A DNA stretch of 64,000 bases from Oscillibacter sp. (GTDB lineage: Bacteria > Bacillota > Clostridia > Oscillospirales > Oscillospiraceae). A model generated the notes under the pieces. It was not told the origin of the DNA and searched no databases. It worked only from the letters and a program-made list of their open reading frames with translations. A program made the translations under genes and the position numbers. The DNA lies in assembly GCA_034933545.1 (NCBI GenBank), contig JAYFNH010000013.1, forward strand, positions 2,125 to 66,124, given 5' to 3'. How positions within the stretch are numbered: the first letter of the stretch is position 1; each line of letters begins with the position of its first letter. This document shows positions 1 to 8,116 of the stretch, piece after piece.

Positions 1-130
1 CACGCCGGAGCGGGTGGCCGCTGCGGTGGGAATTACCGTGGCCGACGCCAAGCAGATTCAGGCAGAGCACACCGATGAGATCAAGTCGGTTGTGGCAGAG
101 CTGGCAGGAGGTGGCTACATTGGCCAGTAA
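1..130 (+). CDS. Partial small phage protein preceding the endolysin (5' truncated)
   Basis: Frame starting at base 2 reads TPERVAAAVGITVADAKQIQAEHTDEIKSVVAELAGGGYIGQ* (TAA 128-130) and overlaps the endolysin start. Confidence 0.6.
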   Translation, partial: TPERVAAAVGITVADAKQIQAEHTDEIKSVVAELAGGGYIGQ

Positions 131-992
131 GGGCATTGATGTATCCTCCTGGCAGGGCATCATCGACTGGGATGCCGTCGAGGCATCCGGAATCCAGTTC
201 GCGATTATCCGTGCCGGATATGGCGACGAGTTGGACAATCAGTTTGCCCGCAACATCGCTGAGTGCAATCGCCTTGGAATCCCTTGCGGCGTGTACTGGT
301 TTAGCTACGCCCTGACGGCGCAGGAGGCCGCACAGGAGGCGCGTAGAGCCATGGAGGCAGTGAGGCCATACAAGATTGATCTGCCGGTGTGCTACGATCT
401 GGAGTATGATACTGTGCGTTACGCCAGGCAGTGCGGCGTGACGATTGATAAGGCGCTGGCCACGCAGATGGCCGTATCTTTCTGCGATACGGTGGCAGCC
501 GGTGGCGCTCATCCGGCAAACTACACCAATCTGGACTACAGCCGGCGCATGTTCGACATGGACGCACTTTCCGGCTTTGATCTGTGGTATGCCTGGTACA
601 ATGATACCTGCAACATCGATGATGTGGCAATCTGGCAGTATACCAGCAGCGGATCCGTTCCCGGCATTGCCGGCAATGTGGATCTGGACTACTGCAACAA
701 AGATTACACGACTGAGCCGGTGCCCGATTCGGGCACATCTGTAGGCGAGGATGAAGAAAGTGAGGGATATGACATGAGTAAACTGCCTATTTTGAAGCGC
801 GGGGACAAGAGCCCCATTGTACATGCTGCCATGGTGCTGCTCAAGGAACGGGGCTACTATGAGGGATCGTGCGATGATCGCTTTGGTCCCAAGATGGAAG
901 CTGGCGTGATTCAGGCGCAGAAAGACCACGGATATGGAGCAGATGGTGCGATCGGCTATCAGATGTGGCCGTTTCTGCTGGGCGCTGTGTAA
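120..992 (+). CDS. Phage endolysin: GH25 muramidase plus C-terminal peptidoglycan-binding domain
   Basis: KGIDVSSWQG, YDLEY, IWQYTSSG and VDLD GH25 motifs; C-terminal LKRGDKS...FGPKMEAGV..Q...G..ADG PG-binding repeat. TTG at 120 follows a GGAGGT RBS (track start 75). Confidence 0.9.
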   Translation: MASKGIDVSSWQGIIDWDAVEASGIQFAIIRAGYGDELDNQFARNIAECNRLGIPCGVYWFSYALTAQEAAQEARRAMEAVRPYKIDLPVCYDLEYDTVRYARQCGVTIDKALATQMAVSFCDTVAAGGAHPANYTNLDYSRRMFDMDALSGFDLWYAWYNDTCNIDDVAIWQYTSSGSVPGIAGNVDLDYCNKDYTTEPVPDSGTSVGEDEESEGYDMSKLPILKRGDKSPIVHAAMVLLKERGYYEGSCDDRFGPKMEAGVIQAQKDHGYGADGAIGYQMWPFLLGAV

Positions 993-1000
993 ATAAGATT

Positions 1001-1036
1001 ACAACCCCGGTAGGAATCCTACCGGGGTTGTTTTAT
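1001..1036 (+). terminator. Intrinsic terminator after endolysin
   Basis: Perfect 15-bp inverted repeat ACAACCCCGGTAGGA / TCCTACCGGGGTTGT followed by a T-rich tract. Confidence 0.85.
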
Positions 1037-1146
1037 TTCAGTGATAGAGAGGGACGCTGGATAGCCAAGATCGGCTTTAGAGGCCGGACTATCACGATCG
1101 GGGGATTATTTTTTTACAAATATTTGAAAAAATCTATAAAAATGTG

Positions 1147-1175
1147 TTGACTTTATAGCCTATATAGGCTATAAT
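1147..1175 (+). promoter_or_regulatory. Sigma-A promoter with a perfect 22-bp palindromic operator
   Basis: TTGACT (1147-1152), 17 bp, TATAAT (1170-1175); TTATAGCCTATATAGGCTATAA (1153-1174) is a perfect palindrome. Confidence 0.85.
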
Positions 1176-1226
1176 AAGACCATGGAAGAGGGAAACAAAC
1201 CAGACGGAAATTGGGAGGAAAATAAA

Positions 1227-1490
1227 ATGGAAAATCAGATGGAGCGGTTTGATGAGATCGTAAAAATGTTTGAGGCCAAGTGTGTTGGAAATGAGGAACT
1301 CCTTAAATCACTATCTGATGCAAGAATGTTTTTTGCAGAAAATTTTGACAACTGTAAAGAAGAAACTCTTGCAGCGACGCTTAGCTGCATGTGGTACTGC
1401 AATGGCGGAAATAACGGATACAATTCCCCTCTTGCCAGCGCACTCGGAGCAATCCAGAGAATCGCGAAAGGCGCAAAGTTCAAAGAGTAA
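1227..1490 (+). CDS. Hypothetical phage accessory protein (87 aa)
   Basis: ATG 1227 follows a GGGAGG RBS; the track start at 1182 lies only a few bases after the -10 with no RBS. Confidence 0.7.
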   Translation: MENQMERFDEIVKMFEAKCVGNEELLKSLSDARMFFAENFDNCKEETLAATLSCMWYCNGGNNGYNSPLASALGAIQRIAKGAKFKE

Positions 1491-1516
1491 AAATAAATTT
1501 TAAGGAGATAAACAAA

Positions 1517-1708
1517 ATGAAATTAGTTGAAAGAACATCCTATAAGGGGTACATCATCGACACAGACGAAAACGGAGCCGTCTACGCAATAAAAGAGGGA
1601 AGCGATAATCGAATCTATCTCGAGTGGCCCGCTTATTACGACCTTGATACGACAGAGCTTCAGTCGGCTATGAAAATCGTTGATGATGAGATTGCAAAGC
1701 AGATTTAA
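1517..1708 (+). CDS. Hypothetical phage accessory protein (63 aa)
   Basis: AAGGAG RBS, co-oriented within the cassette; no recognised motif. Confidence 0.7.
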   Translation: MKLVERTSYKGYIIDTDENGAVYAIKEGSDNRIYLEWPAYYDLDTTELQSAMKIVDDEIAKQI

Positions 1709-1778
1709 CCGCCGCCGCTCCTCATGGAGCCGAGCGTATCGGCCCCATCCCATCAGAAAAAACAAAGGAGGAAATAGT

Positions 1779-2255
1779 ATGAAATATACAGCACTCGAAA
1801 AAATGGAAAAGGATAATTTATCCCATGTGATCGACCTCATCTGTTTGGTGGAGCAGGGACACACAGAGGCGACAATCCAGCTGCGGGATCTGCTTGAGCA
1901 GGGTAACGGCTGGCCGGCTACCATGGGCGACACATGGGAGGCAAGGACGGAGGCTTACGACCTCATGACGCGCGGACAAAAGGATGCGTTTGACGCCCGC
2001 GCGTCCGTGTCGGCAGAGGCATGCCCAATCCCGGCGCAGGCGAGCGCAGAAAAAACCGTGTCGAAGCTGGCGACGATGCGCATCAAACGCGGCATGTCGC
2101 AGGGCGATCTTGCCAAAGCGACTGGTATCAATAAGCAGATGATATCCCGCATCGAGCGTGGGGAGCGACTGATGAAAAACACAACGCTGGAGACTTGCAT
2201 TAAGTTGGCGGACGCCCTGGGCGTCACCGATCTGCGGGATTTGATAAACGCCTAA
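1779..2255 (+). CDS. XRE-family HTH protein with an unknown N-terminal domain
   Basis: GGAGG RBS before ATG 1779; C-terminal LATMRIKRGMSQGDLAKATGINKQMISRIERG is a typical HTH_3 motif. Confidence 0.85.
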   Translation: MKYTALEKMEKDNLSHVIDLICLVEQGHTEATIQLRDLLEQGNGWPATMGDTWEARTEAYDLMTRGQKDAFDARASVSAEACPIPAQASAEKTVSKLATMRIKRGMSQGDLAKATGINKQMISRIERGERLMKNTTLETCIKLADALGVTDLRDLINA

Positions 2256-2264
2256 TAGCAAAAA

Positions 2265-2303
2265 CCCCGCAGGAGTATGTTGCTCCTGCGGGGCTGCTTT
2301 TTG
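2265..2303 (+). terminator. Intrinsic terminator of the accessory cassette
   Basis: CCCCGCAGGAG / CTCCTGCGGGG stem followed by CTGCTTTTTG. Confidence 0.75.
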
Positions 2304-2342
2304 TTTCTGATGTCTGATGTTAGATTCTGAATGGATTATGAA

Positions 2343-2366
2343 CGTTAGGAGTAGCGTTAGGAATAG
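2343..2366. repeat. Tandem 12-bp direct repeat, putative integrase arm-type sites
   Basis: CGTTAGGAGTAG CGTTAGGAATAG (one mismatch), about 130 bp from the tRNA 3' end. Confidence 0.55.
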
Positions 2367-2451
2367 CACATTTTCTTATTATATCTTTTCATACCATATC
2401 GCTTTTTGCAAAAACAATAGAATCATTTAACCTCTAAATAAAAGAAAAAAG

Positions 2452-2494
2452 AAAGTACCAGAAAACGATTAAATATCGTTATTTCTGGTACTTT
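2452..2494 (-). terminator. Hairpin directly after tRNA-Ser(GCT)
   Basis: AAAGTACCAGAAAACGAT / ATCGTTATTTCTGGTACTTT inverted repeat, followed by a T-run on the minus strand. Confidence 0.65.
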
Positions 2495-2587
2495 GGCGCA
2501 GAAGAAGGGATTTGAACCCTTGCGCGGGTTTTTAAGCCGCCTACTCCCTTAGCAGGGGAGCCCCTTCGGCCACTTGGGTACTTCTGC
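2494..2587 (-). tRNA. trnS: tRNA-Ser(GCT)
   Basis: GCAGAAG/CTTCTGC acceptor stem, CTGCTAA anticodon loop, long variable arm, GTTCAAATCC T-loop, encoded CCA. Confidence 0.95.
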
Positions 2588-2609
2588 ATGGTCGAATCGG
2601 TTTATAAGA

Positions 2610-2697
2610 TGGCGGAGAGAGTGGGATTCGAACCCACGGATGCTTTCACATCGCCGGTTTTCAAGACCGGTGCTTTCGACCACTCAGCCACCTCTCC
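2610..2697 (-). tRNA. trnS: tRNA-Ser(TGA)
   Basis: GGAGAGG acceptor, CCGGT-CTTGAAA-ACCGG anticodon arm, variable arm, GTTCGAATCC, GCCA end. Confidence 0.95.
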
Positions 2698-2733
2698 GTG
2701 TGTAAAAGCGCACTCTTTCCGGACGCAGATAAT

Positions 2734-2762
2734 ATGTTAACATAGGGGGAGCTTTTTGTCAA
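2734..2762 (-). promoter_or_regulatory. Sigma-A promoter of the tRNA-Ser pair
   Basis: Minus strand TTGACA, 17 bp, TAACAT. Confidence 0.65.
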
Positions 2763-2818
2763 CAAAATTCCGTTATCCTGTCTCTGACGAAAAAAGCAAA
2801 AATTTTATAAGTTAGGGC

Positions 2819-2847
2819 TTGCAAAATAGGGAGAACTGTGGTATCTT
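2819..2847 (+). promoter_or_regulatory. Sigma-A promoter of tRNA-Pro
   Basis: TTGCAA, 17 bp, TATCTT with an upstream TG (extended -10). Confidence 0.6.
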
Positions 2848-2878
2848 ATTAAAGCTGACTTGTGCAGTAAGTGAATAT

Positions 2879-2955
2879 CCGGGTGTGGCGAAGTTTGGTA
2901 TCGCGCTTGAATGGGGTTCAAGAGGCCTCGAGTTCGAATCTCGACACTCGGACCA
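2879..2955 (+). tRNA. trnP: tRNA-Pro(GGG)
   Basis: CCGGGTG/CACTCGG acceptor, CTTGA-ATGGGGT-TCAAG anticodon arm, GTTCGAATC T-loop, ACCA end. Confidence 0.95.
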
Positions 2956-3122
2956 TAGAAAATGTCGTGGAATGTAGCAGTTTCACGGCATTTTCCTTAT
3001 TTTTTGGCCAAAAGTGTTGCGAAACTCAAGACCTCTTGAATCTCAAATTGTTCGGATTTGCTCATATTTGTTCATATATTCTGTTGTCAAAGTGTTGTCA
3101 GAATTATGTCAACCAACCGCGG

Positions 3123-3218
3123 TTAGCCGCCAAACCGTGTGCCGTAATAGCTGTCCATCTTTTCCCGCGTGTCGGATAGCTTTTTGCGGCTGATTTCCGT
3201 ATAAATATCTTGCGTGAC
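3123..3218 (-). pseudogene. C-terminal remnant of a tyrosine integrase
   Basis: Reads VTQDIYTEISRKKLSDTREKMDSYYGTRFGG*, with an in-frame stop immediately upstream. Matches the T.DIY(catalytic Tyr)...KMD.Y integrase tail and points toward tRNA-Pro. Confidence 0.65.
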
Positions 3219-3271
3219 TTATTTCACCTTATCAATTTGTCAGCTTTTACTCTAAAACGTATCATTAAAAC

Positions 3272-3303
3272 AGGCGGGAGCATTGTTACAGATGCTCCCG
3301 CCT
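3272..3303 (-). terminator. Terminator of the B12 surface-protein operon
   Basis: AGGCGGGAGCAT / ATGCTCCCGCCT stem; T-tract on the minus strand. Confidence 0.7.
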
Positions 3304-3346
3304 TGCTTGTTATTTTTGCTGTTTTACGCTTGCGTTATTACTAGGT

Positions 3347-6300
3347 TTACAAGCGCTTTTTGCATACCACCGCGCAACTCAGCAGCGCTGACATAAGCAG
3401 CGCAATGCCCCACGCCATAACACCGGGATCTCCCGTAGCCGGAGAGGTGGGAGCGGCAGGAGCCGAGGCATCCTGATAAACCAGAGCGTAGAGGGAGAAC
3501 TGGTCGCTTTGCGCCTGGGCATAGCCGTTTTCCACAACGGTGGGCAGTAAGGAGGCCTCATTGTTATGGATTCGGCAGATGGATACCGTTTTGCCATTCA
3601 TGTTTTCATCCACTTTCAGCCGCAAAGTAAGCGGCTGGCTGACCTGGGGCAATGTTGCTAAGGTCTCGCCGTCTGCCTTGATGACAACAGAAATGTCATA
3701 AAAGGTTCCGACTGTCAGACCGGTTTTCTGAGCAAGCGTTTGTACCAAATAGAGCCCCTGAGCGGCATCTACGCGGGGCGCTTCCGTAACAACGATATCT
3801 GTTGTTACCTTTTTGCCGCTGTCGGTGGCTTGCTGTACCTTGGCAGCCAGCGCCGGGTCGTTCTGCATGGCCGCGGCCAGACTGTCGCTGAGCGTCTGCT
3901 TTGCCGTTTCATCCGTGACTATATCTGTGTTTTCTCTGATGGCTGCCTGGGCGGCTTCCTCGGCTTTTTTAGCTTCTTCAGCCTTCTTGGCGGCATCCTC
4001 CTGCTGCTGCAACAGCTGCAGAGAAGCCTCTGCGGCGGTGAGGGTAGCGTAGTTGTTGACGCAGGCCTTCTGGTTCTCTGTCAGCGCGTCATACTTTGCT
4101 CTTGCGGCCGCAATGGCGTCAGCGGAATTCAGAGAAACGGTACCGATGGTGTTGATTTGATTAATAATGGGCGCGGCCGCTGCCTGGTTCTCTTCCGCTG
4201 TCAGTTGGGCGTCGGTCTTGAGAAGATCAATGGCGGACTTGGCCTCTGCCAGCAAAGTGCTGATGGCAGTCTTGTCTGTGGCGGCGTCCATTTTCGCCTT
4301 TGCGTCGGCAAGGATGGAGGCCATTGCCTGCTGCTGTGCGGCACGGTAACTGCCCGGCTTTGCGTAGCCATCCAGCGCGGCTTTTGCATTAGTCAACGTG
4401 TCGGCCACATCCAGCACGTTGATGGTGCAGCTGGCAGTTTGGGTGGAGTTGTCCGTGGCGGCAGCTGTGATGACGGCGCTGCCTTTGGCAACCGCCGTCA
4501 CTTTGCCGGTGGTGTCCACAGTGGCTACCGCTTCATTGGAGGAGGACCATGTCACGGTCTGCATGGTGTCGTCTTCGGGATTGACAGTGGCATGAAGCTG
4601 TACGTCTTTGGTGCCGGTGGCATCCAGCGTATAGTTGGTCATATCCAGAGATACGCTGCTGACCGCCGCCTTGACCAGCAACCGCACTGCATACGATTTC
4701 ACGCTGCTTCCGTCCTCGGAGGTCACTTCTACCCGCACCTTTGCGGTTTTGGCCTTGTCAGCCGGATAGACCGCATAGCGGTTATGCCCTTGGTTGGAGC
4801 TGGTGACAGGGATGGTGCCGTCGCTGTTTGTTTCGGAGTTTTCAGCGTCCACATTGCTTACGGCGTAAACTTTGACGGTGCTGTTTGCGTCTGTGCCATC
4901 CGGCCAGATGTTGTAAAAACTTCTGCCGATGCCGGTCACATCCGCGGAATAGGTCTCGGCGCCGGGAACAAGGGAGGGTGTAAGATCCAGTTTACTGGAG
5001 CCAAAAGTATTGGAAGTGCTGACCGCCAGCGCACCCAAAGTGCCGACATTGCTCTGGCAGCGGACATGAAGCGTATAGGTCCGCTTGCACTGTGCGGACT
5101 GAGTGGCAATGGCGACGGTGGCAGTGCCGTTTTCGGCCAAAGCTACCGTGGCGCCGCCGGCATCATAGGCAGTCCCATTGACCGTGGCCGTGATGCCTGT
5201 GGGAAGTGTCAGTGTAACGTGTACAGATGTTGAGCCGAAGGGCATGACCACATTGTAGTCCGTTGTGCCTGCTGCAAATTTACCGCTCCAGCTCTTGGCA
5301 CCGTCCACTGCAATGCCGCTGAGGAAAGCGTCGTTTCTTTCCACGGCCATCAGATAGCAGCTGTCGTTTTTGTAATACATCGTGCCGTCCTTATCGGCGC
5401 AGATGGTACTGATGCAGTACTGCTGCTTTTCACTGGAAGGAATAAAAAGCTCCTGACTGCCGGCAGCGGCTGTGGTCTGATCGGGAGTGTCATAGGTATA
5501 ATAAATGCCTCCGGGAGGTGCGTTATAGGTGAAGTAGATGTATACCCGGCCGTCCGCTTTTCCGTCGTTGTTGAAGTCCTCATTTTCGTGAGCAGTGGAC
5601 AGCAGAGCTGATGCCTGAGGATAGCCCTTGATGGGGAGACTGTACATTTCTTTCATGCTGGTGCTGTTGATGACAGCAAAGCGATGGCCGCCGTCAGGAT
5701 CAAACTGACCGCCCTTACCGCAGACGCCCAGATATATTTTCCCCTTATAGACCAGAGGGGATGCCGTGGTCATGCCGCCTAGGTCACAGGTCTGGGGTGT
5801 GCCCAGAATGCCGTTTTCATCCACGGATACCTTGTAAAGAATGCCGCCCTTGGTGTTAAAGTACAAGAATCCGTTGTCGTAGACAGCGGTGCTGCGAATG
5901 TCGCCTTTGATGCCACTGACGCGGCTGATGACCGCACCGGTGGTGGGGTTGAGAGTATAGAAGCAGGCGTTGGCCGTGTAATCGCCTTCACTGGTGCCGT
6001 CATCCGTGCCAACAGCAATGTACTTAGCGCAGGCATAGGAGCCGGCCCAGTAGAAGCCTCTGTTGATATGCTGTGCTTCCTGGATCAGAGCATCGTCCTT
6101 GGTCACCGGTGTATTGGTGAATGTCAGGTTCTTCAGGATAGATGCGTCGCCGGAAGGAATGAAGCGCCACGAGGTGGGCTTTTGGCCATTTTCCACGCCG
6201 TCGTCGTTGGTGCTGACACACAAATATGCACCGTCTTTGCTCTCTGCATTCCAAGTGCCGGTATAGATATAACCGGTGTCGCCGACTTTTGCATAGGAGA

Positions 6301-6805
6301 TGGGGCAAAGAGTCTGCCCACCGATTTTTTCTGTGGACCACACGCATTTCAGCGTTTCATAGTCCACCGCCTGGATTATACCGTTGCCAACCTGCACGAA
6401 TAGTTTGCCGTCCGCGTAGAGAATGGGGTTCATGGCATAGCCCACGTTGGCGACCATAGCATCACTTTCGGCCACCTTGACGCCGTCGGCTTTGTTGAGC
6501 TTTAGAATCTTGTTGCCCACGCCGATGTAGAGATAGCCGTCCAGCAGCAGCGGGGGAGTGGGGGCCGCTGCCCAGCCGGAGCCGTATTTGACGCCCCACT
6601 TGAGGTTGGTCTCCTCCAGCAGCGTCGGCGTTGGGCGGTCTGTTACACCGTTGTTTTCCGCATTGTTTCTGAAGTTGTACCACTCCAGATTCGTTGCGTC
6701 TTTTGCGAAGACACTGACAGTGCAGAGCGAAAGGCTGATGGCCAGCGCAAGCGCCATACACAGCAAACTTCTCCACATGCCGTGTTTCGTTGATTGTGTT
6801 CTCAC
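3347..6805 (-). CDS. Cell-wall-anchored protein: PQQ-like beta-propeller, cadherin-like and Big_2 domains, helical stalk, sorting signal
   Basis: GTG 6805 after AAGGAGG; signal peptide; W.F/TP...G.LY propeller repeats; VSSVSLD...L.ATV.PED...VTWSSSNEAVATVD Big_2; C-terminal SPATGD, hydrophobic segment and KKRL. Confidence 0.8.
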   Translation of the reverse strand: MRTQSTKHGMWRSLLCMALALAISLSLCTVSVFAKDATNLEWYNFRNNAENNGVTDRPTPTLLEETNLKWGVKYGSGWAAAPTPPLLLDGYLYIGVGNKILKLNKADGVKVAESDAMVANVGYAMNPILYADGKLFVQVGNGIIQAVDYETLKCVWSTEKIGGQTLCPISYAKVGDTGYIYTGTWNAESKDGAYLCVSTNDDGVENGQKPTSWRFIPSGDASILKNLTFTNTPVTKDDALIQEAQHINRGFYWAGSYACAKYIAVGTDDGTSEGDYTANACFYTLNPTTGAVISRVSGIKGDIRSTAVYDNGFLYFNTKGGILYKVSVDENGILGTPQTCDLGGMTTASPLVYKGKIYLGVCGKGGQFDPDGGHRFAVINSTSMKEMYSLPIKGYPQASALLSTAHENEDFNNDGKADGRVYIYFTYNAPPGGIYYTYDTPDQTTAAAGSQELFIPSSEKQQYCISTICADKDGTMYYKNDSCYLMAVERNDAFLSGIAVDGAKSWSGKFAAGTTDYNVVMPFGSTSVHVTLTLPTGITATVNGTAYDAGGATVALAENGTATVAIATQSAQCKRTYTLHVRCQSNVGTLGALAVSTSNTFGSSKLDLTPSLVPGAETYSADVTGIGRSFYNIWPDGTDANSTVKVYAVSNVDAENSETNSDGTIPVTSSNQGHNRYAVYPADKAKTAKVRVEVTSEDGSSVKSYAVRLLVKAAVSSVSLDMTNYTLDATGTKDVQLHATVNPEDDTMQTVTWSSSNEAVATVDTTGKVTAVAKGSAVITAAATDNSTQTASCTINVLDVADTLTNAKAALDGYAKPGSYRAAQQQAMASILADAKAKMDAATDKTAISTLLAEAKSAIDLLKTDAQLTAEENQAAAAPIINQINTIGTVSLNSADAIAAARAKYDALTENQKACVNNYATLTAAEASLQLLQQQEDAAKKAEEAKKAEEAAQAAIRENTDIVTDETAKQTLSDSLAAAMQNDPALAAKVQQATDSGKKVTTDIVVTEAPRVDAAQGLYLVQTLAQKTGLTVGTFYDISVVIKADGETLATLPQVSQPLTLRLKVDENMNGKTVSICRIHNNEASLLPTVVENGYAQAQSDQFSLYALVYQDASAPAAPTSPATGDPGVMAWGIALLMSALLSCAVVCKKRL

Positions 6806-6837
6806 GTTTCTTCCTCCTTCAAAAATATACAACTCAT

Positions 6838-8109
6838 TTACCAGCTTCCGTTGAACCATTCGCCGTTATATTCATTGCCGTAACTCGTGGTAAATGCGAT
6901 TGTCACTGTATCACCGTCTTGCAGCGTGAAATCAGACATACCGGTGCCTGGAAAGTCACCGTTGTAAAGAAAAACCCAGCCGGAATCTTTATAAAAATCC
7001 TTTTCTGACAGACTGTTGGCGTCATGGCCCGTTTCCGTACAGCCCTCACTGTTCAGCTTCTCGGCTATGGGGTCAGGTATATGCCATCCATTGGTAATGC
7101 CAGGCTTTTTAATGCCAGCCAGATACCAGCCGGAACTCATGGAACCGGTGTGGGAATAGGCGCAGCCCGCCGCGGCAATGGCCCGGTCCACCACATAGGG
7201 GATGCTTTCCCCTTTGTAAAAATCCACGGTTTCATTGACCAGGTACCCCAGCCCCAGCGTTCTTGCCTCAATGATAATGGTTAACTTGCCGCCCACCGGT
7301 TTTTCACCGTTGGGATCGGTGCGCACGGTCACGGTCTTGATGGCTTGGTTGCCTTGGGTGTCCGTTACCGTGATAACAATGATGTTGGCGCCGTCGGTCA
7401 GATTGTCCGGTTTATAATTACCCTCGTATTCATGGTCAGTGCCGGCACCGGAGCTGTAGATCCGTGCGCCGTTGGAAGTTACCACAAAGCTGCCGCGGCT
7501 GATTTTTTGCCCCTCGTAGTCTGTAGCTGACACTGTAAAATTCAAAAAGGTACCGCTGATTAACTGATTTTCCGTCAGACTGGTCGCAATATGGGGTGCT
7601 TTGGTGTCGCCGCCGGCAGTGCCGCTGTTGCTGCCGCCGGAACCTGTTCCCTCACCCTGCCCGCCGGTGGTACCACCCTCTTGGCCGCTGCCGGAGGGGG
7701 TGTTGGTACTGCCGCCTGAGCCGGTATTCTGCATACCGCCGGAACCGGGTGTGGAATGATCGGTGTCCTTACCCGCCACGGTGTCCTCTGCCGGCGTCTC
7801 TTGTATGTTTTCCGTTTCCGGAGAAACGGCTGGCTTTCGGCTTTGGGGTTCGTCCGGTACCTCCTGAGGTGGCTGCTGTTGCTGGGCGATCTCTTGATGC
7901 TTTTCAAATTGCTGCTCCTGCTGGGTGTCCAGCGTATAGCCCGTGCCTTCCAGCAGGACCATGGAACGATTGGTGTTGAGGCCTTCGATGGGGCTGCTCC
8001 CGCGGGTGCGGATGCCCAGTGCCACGATCAGCGTCGCACAGAGAAGAAAGGCCGCCACAAAGGCGCAGGGCAGCCATATGAATTTTTTGCTTTTACAAAA
8101 TTGTTTCAT
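6838..8109 (-). CDS. Membrane-anchored DUF4430 (transcobalamin beta-domain-like) protein
   Basis: N-terminal TM helix, Gly/Ser linker, Ig-like domain, C-terminal SLSEKDF..SGWVFLYNG.FP..GMSD..LQDGD.V DUF4430 motif. Confidence 0.8.
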   Translation of the reverse strand: MKQFCKSKKFIWLPCAFVAAFLLCATLIVALGIRTRGSSPIEGLNTNRSMVLLEGTGYTLDTQQEQQFEKHQEIAQQQQPPQEVPDEPQSRKPAVSPETENIQETPAEDTVAGKDTDHSTPGSGGMQNTGSGGSTNTPSGSGQEGGTTGGQGEGTGSGGSNSGTAGGDTKAPHIATSLTENQLISGTFLNFTVSATDYEGQKISRGSFVVTSNGARIYSSGAGTDHEYEGNYKPDNLTDGANIIVITVTDTQGNQAIKTVTVRTDPNGEKPVGGKLTIIIEARTLGLGYLVNETVDFYKGESIPYVVDRAIAAAGCAYSHTGSMSSGWYLAGIKKPGITNGWHIPDPIAEKLNSEGCTETGHDANSLSEKDFYKDSGWVFLYNGDFPGTGMSDFTLQDGDTVTIAFTTSYGNEYNGEWFNGSW

Positions 8110-8116
8110 ATCTCCC

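Larger units (their letters stand above)
1..2494. mobile_element. Right end of a prophage integrated at the 3' end of tRNA-Ser(GCT)
   Basis: Endolysin, small AT-rich accessory ORFs and an XRE-HTH gene end at the tRNA CCA end. Tandem 12-bp repeat at 2343-2366 resembles integrase arm sites. Integrase and the other att site lie outside the window. Confidence 0.8.

Noticed and set aside
2871-3179. 102-aa ORF overlapping tRNA-Pro
   Set aside because: Reads through a tRNA and its terminator; spurious.
3930-4010. Repetitive AAKKAEEAKKAEEAA coding stretch
   Set aside because: Ordinary low-complexity coiled-coil linker.
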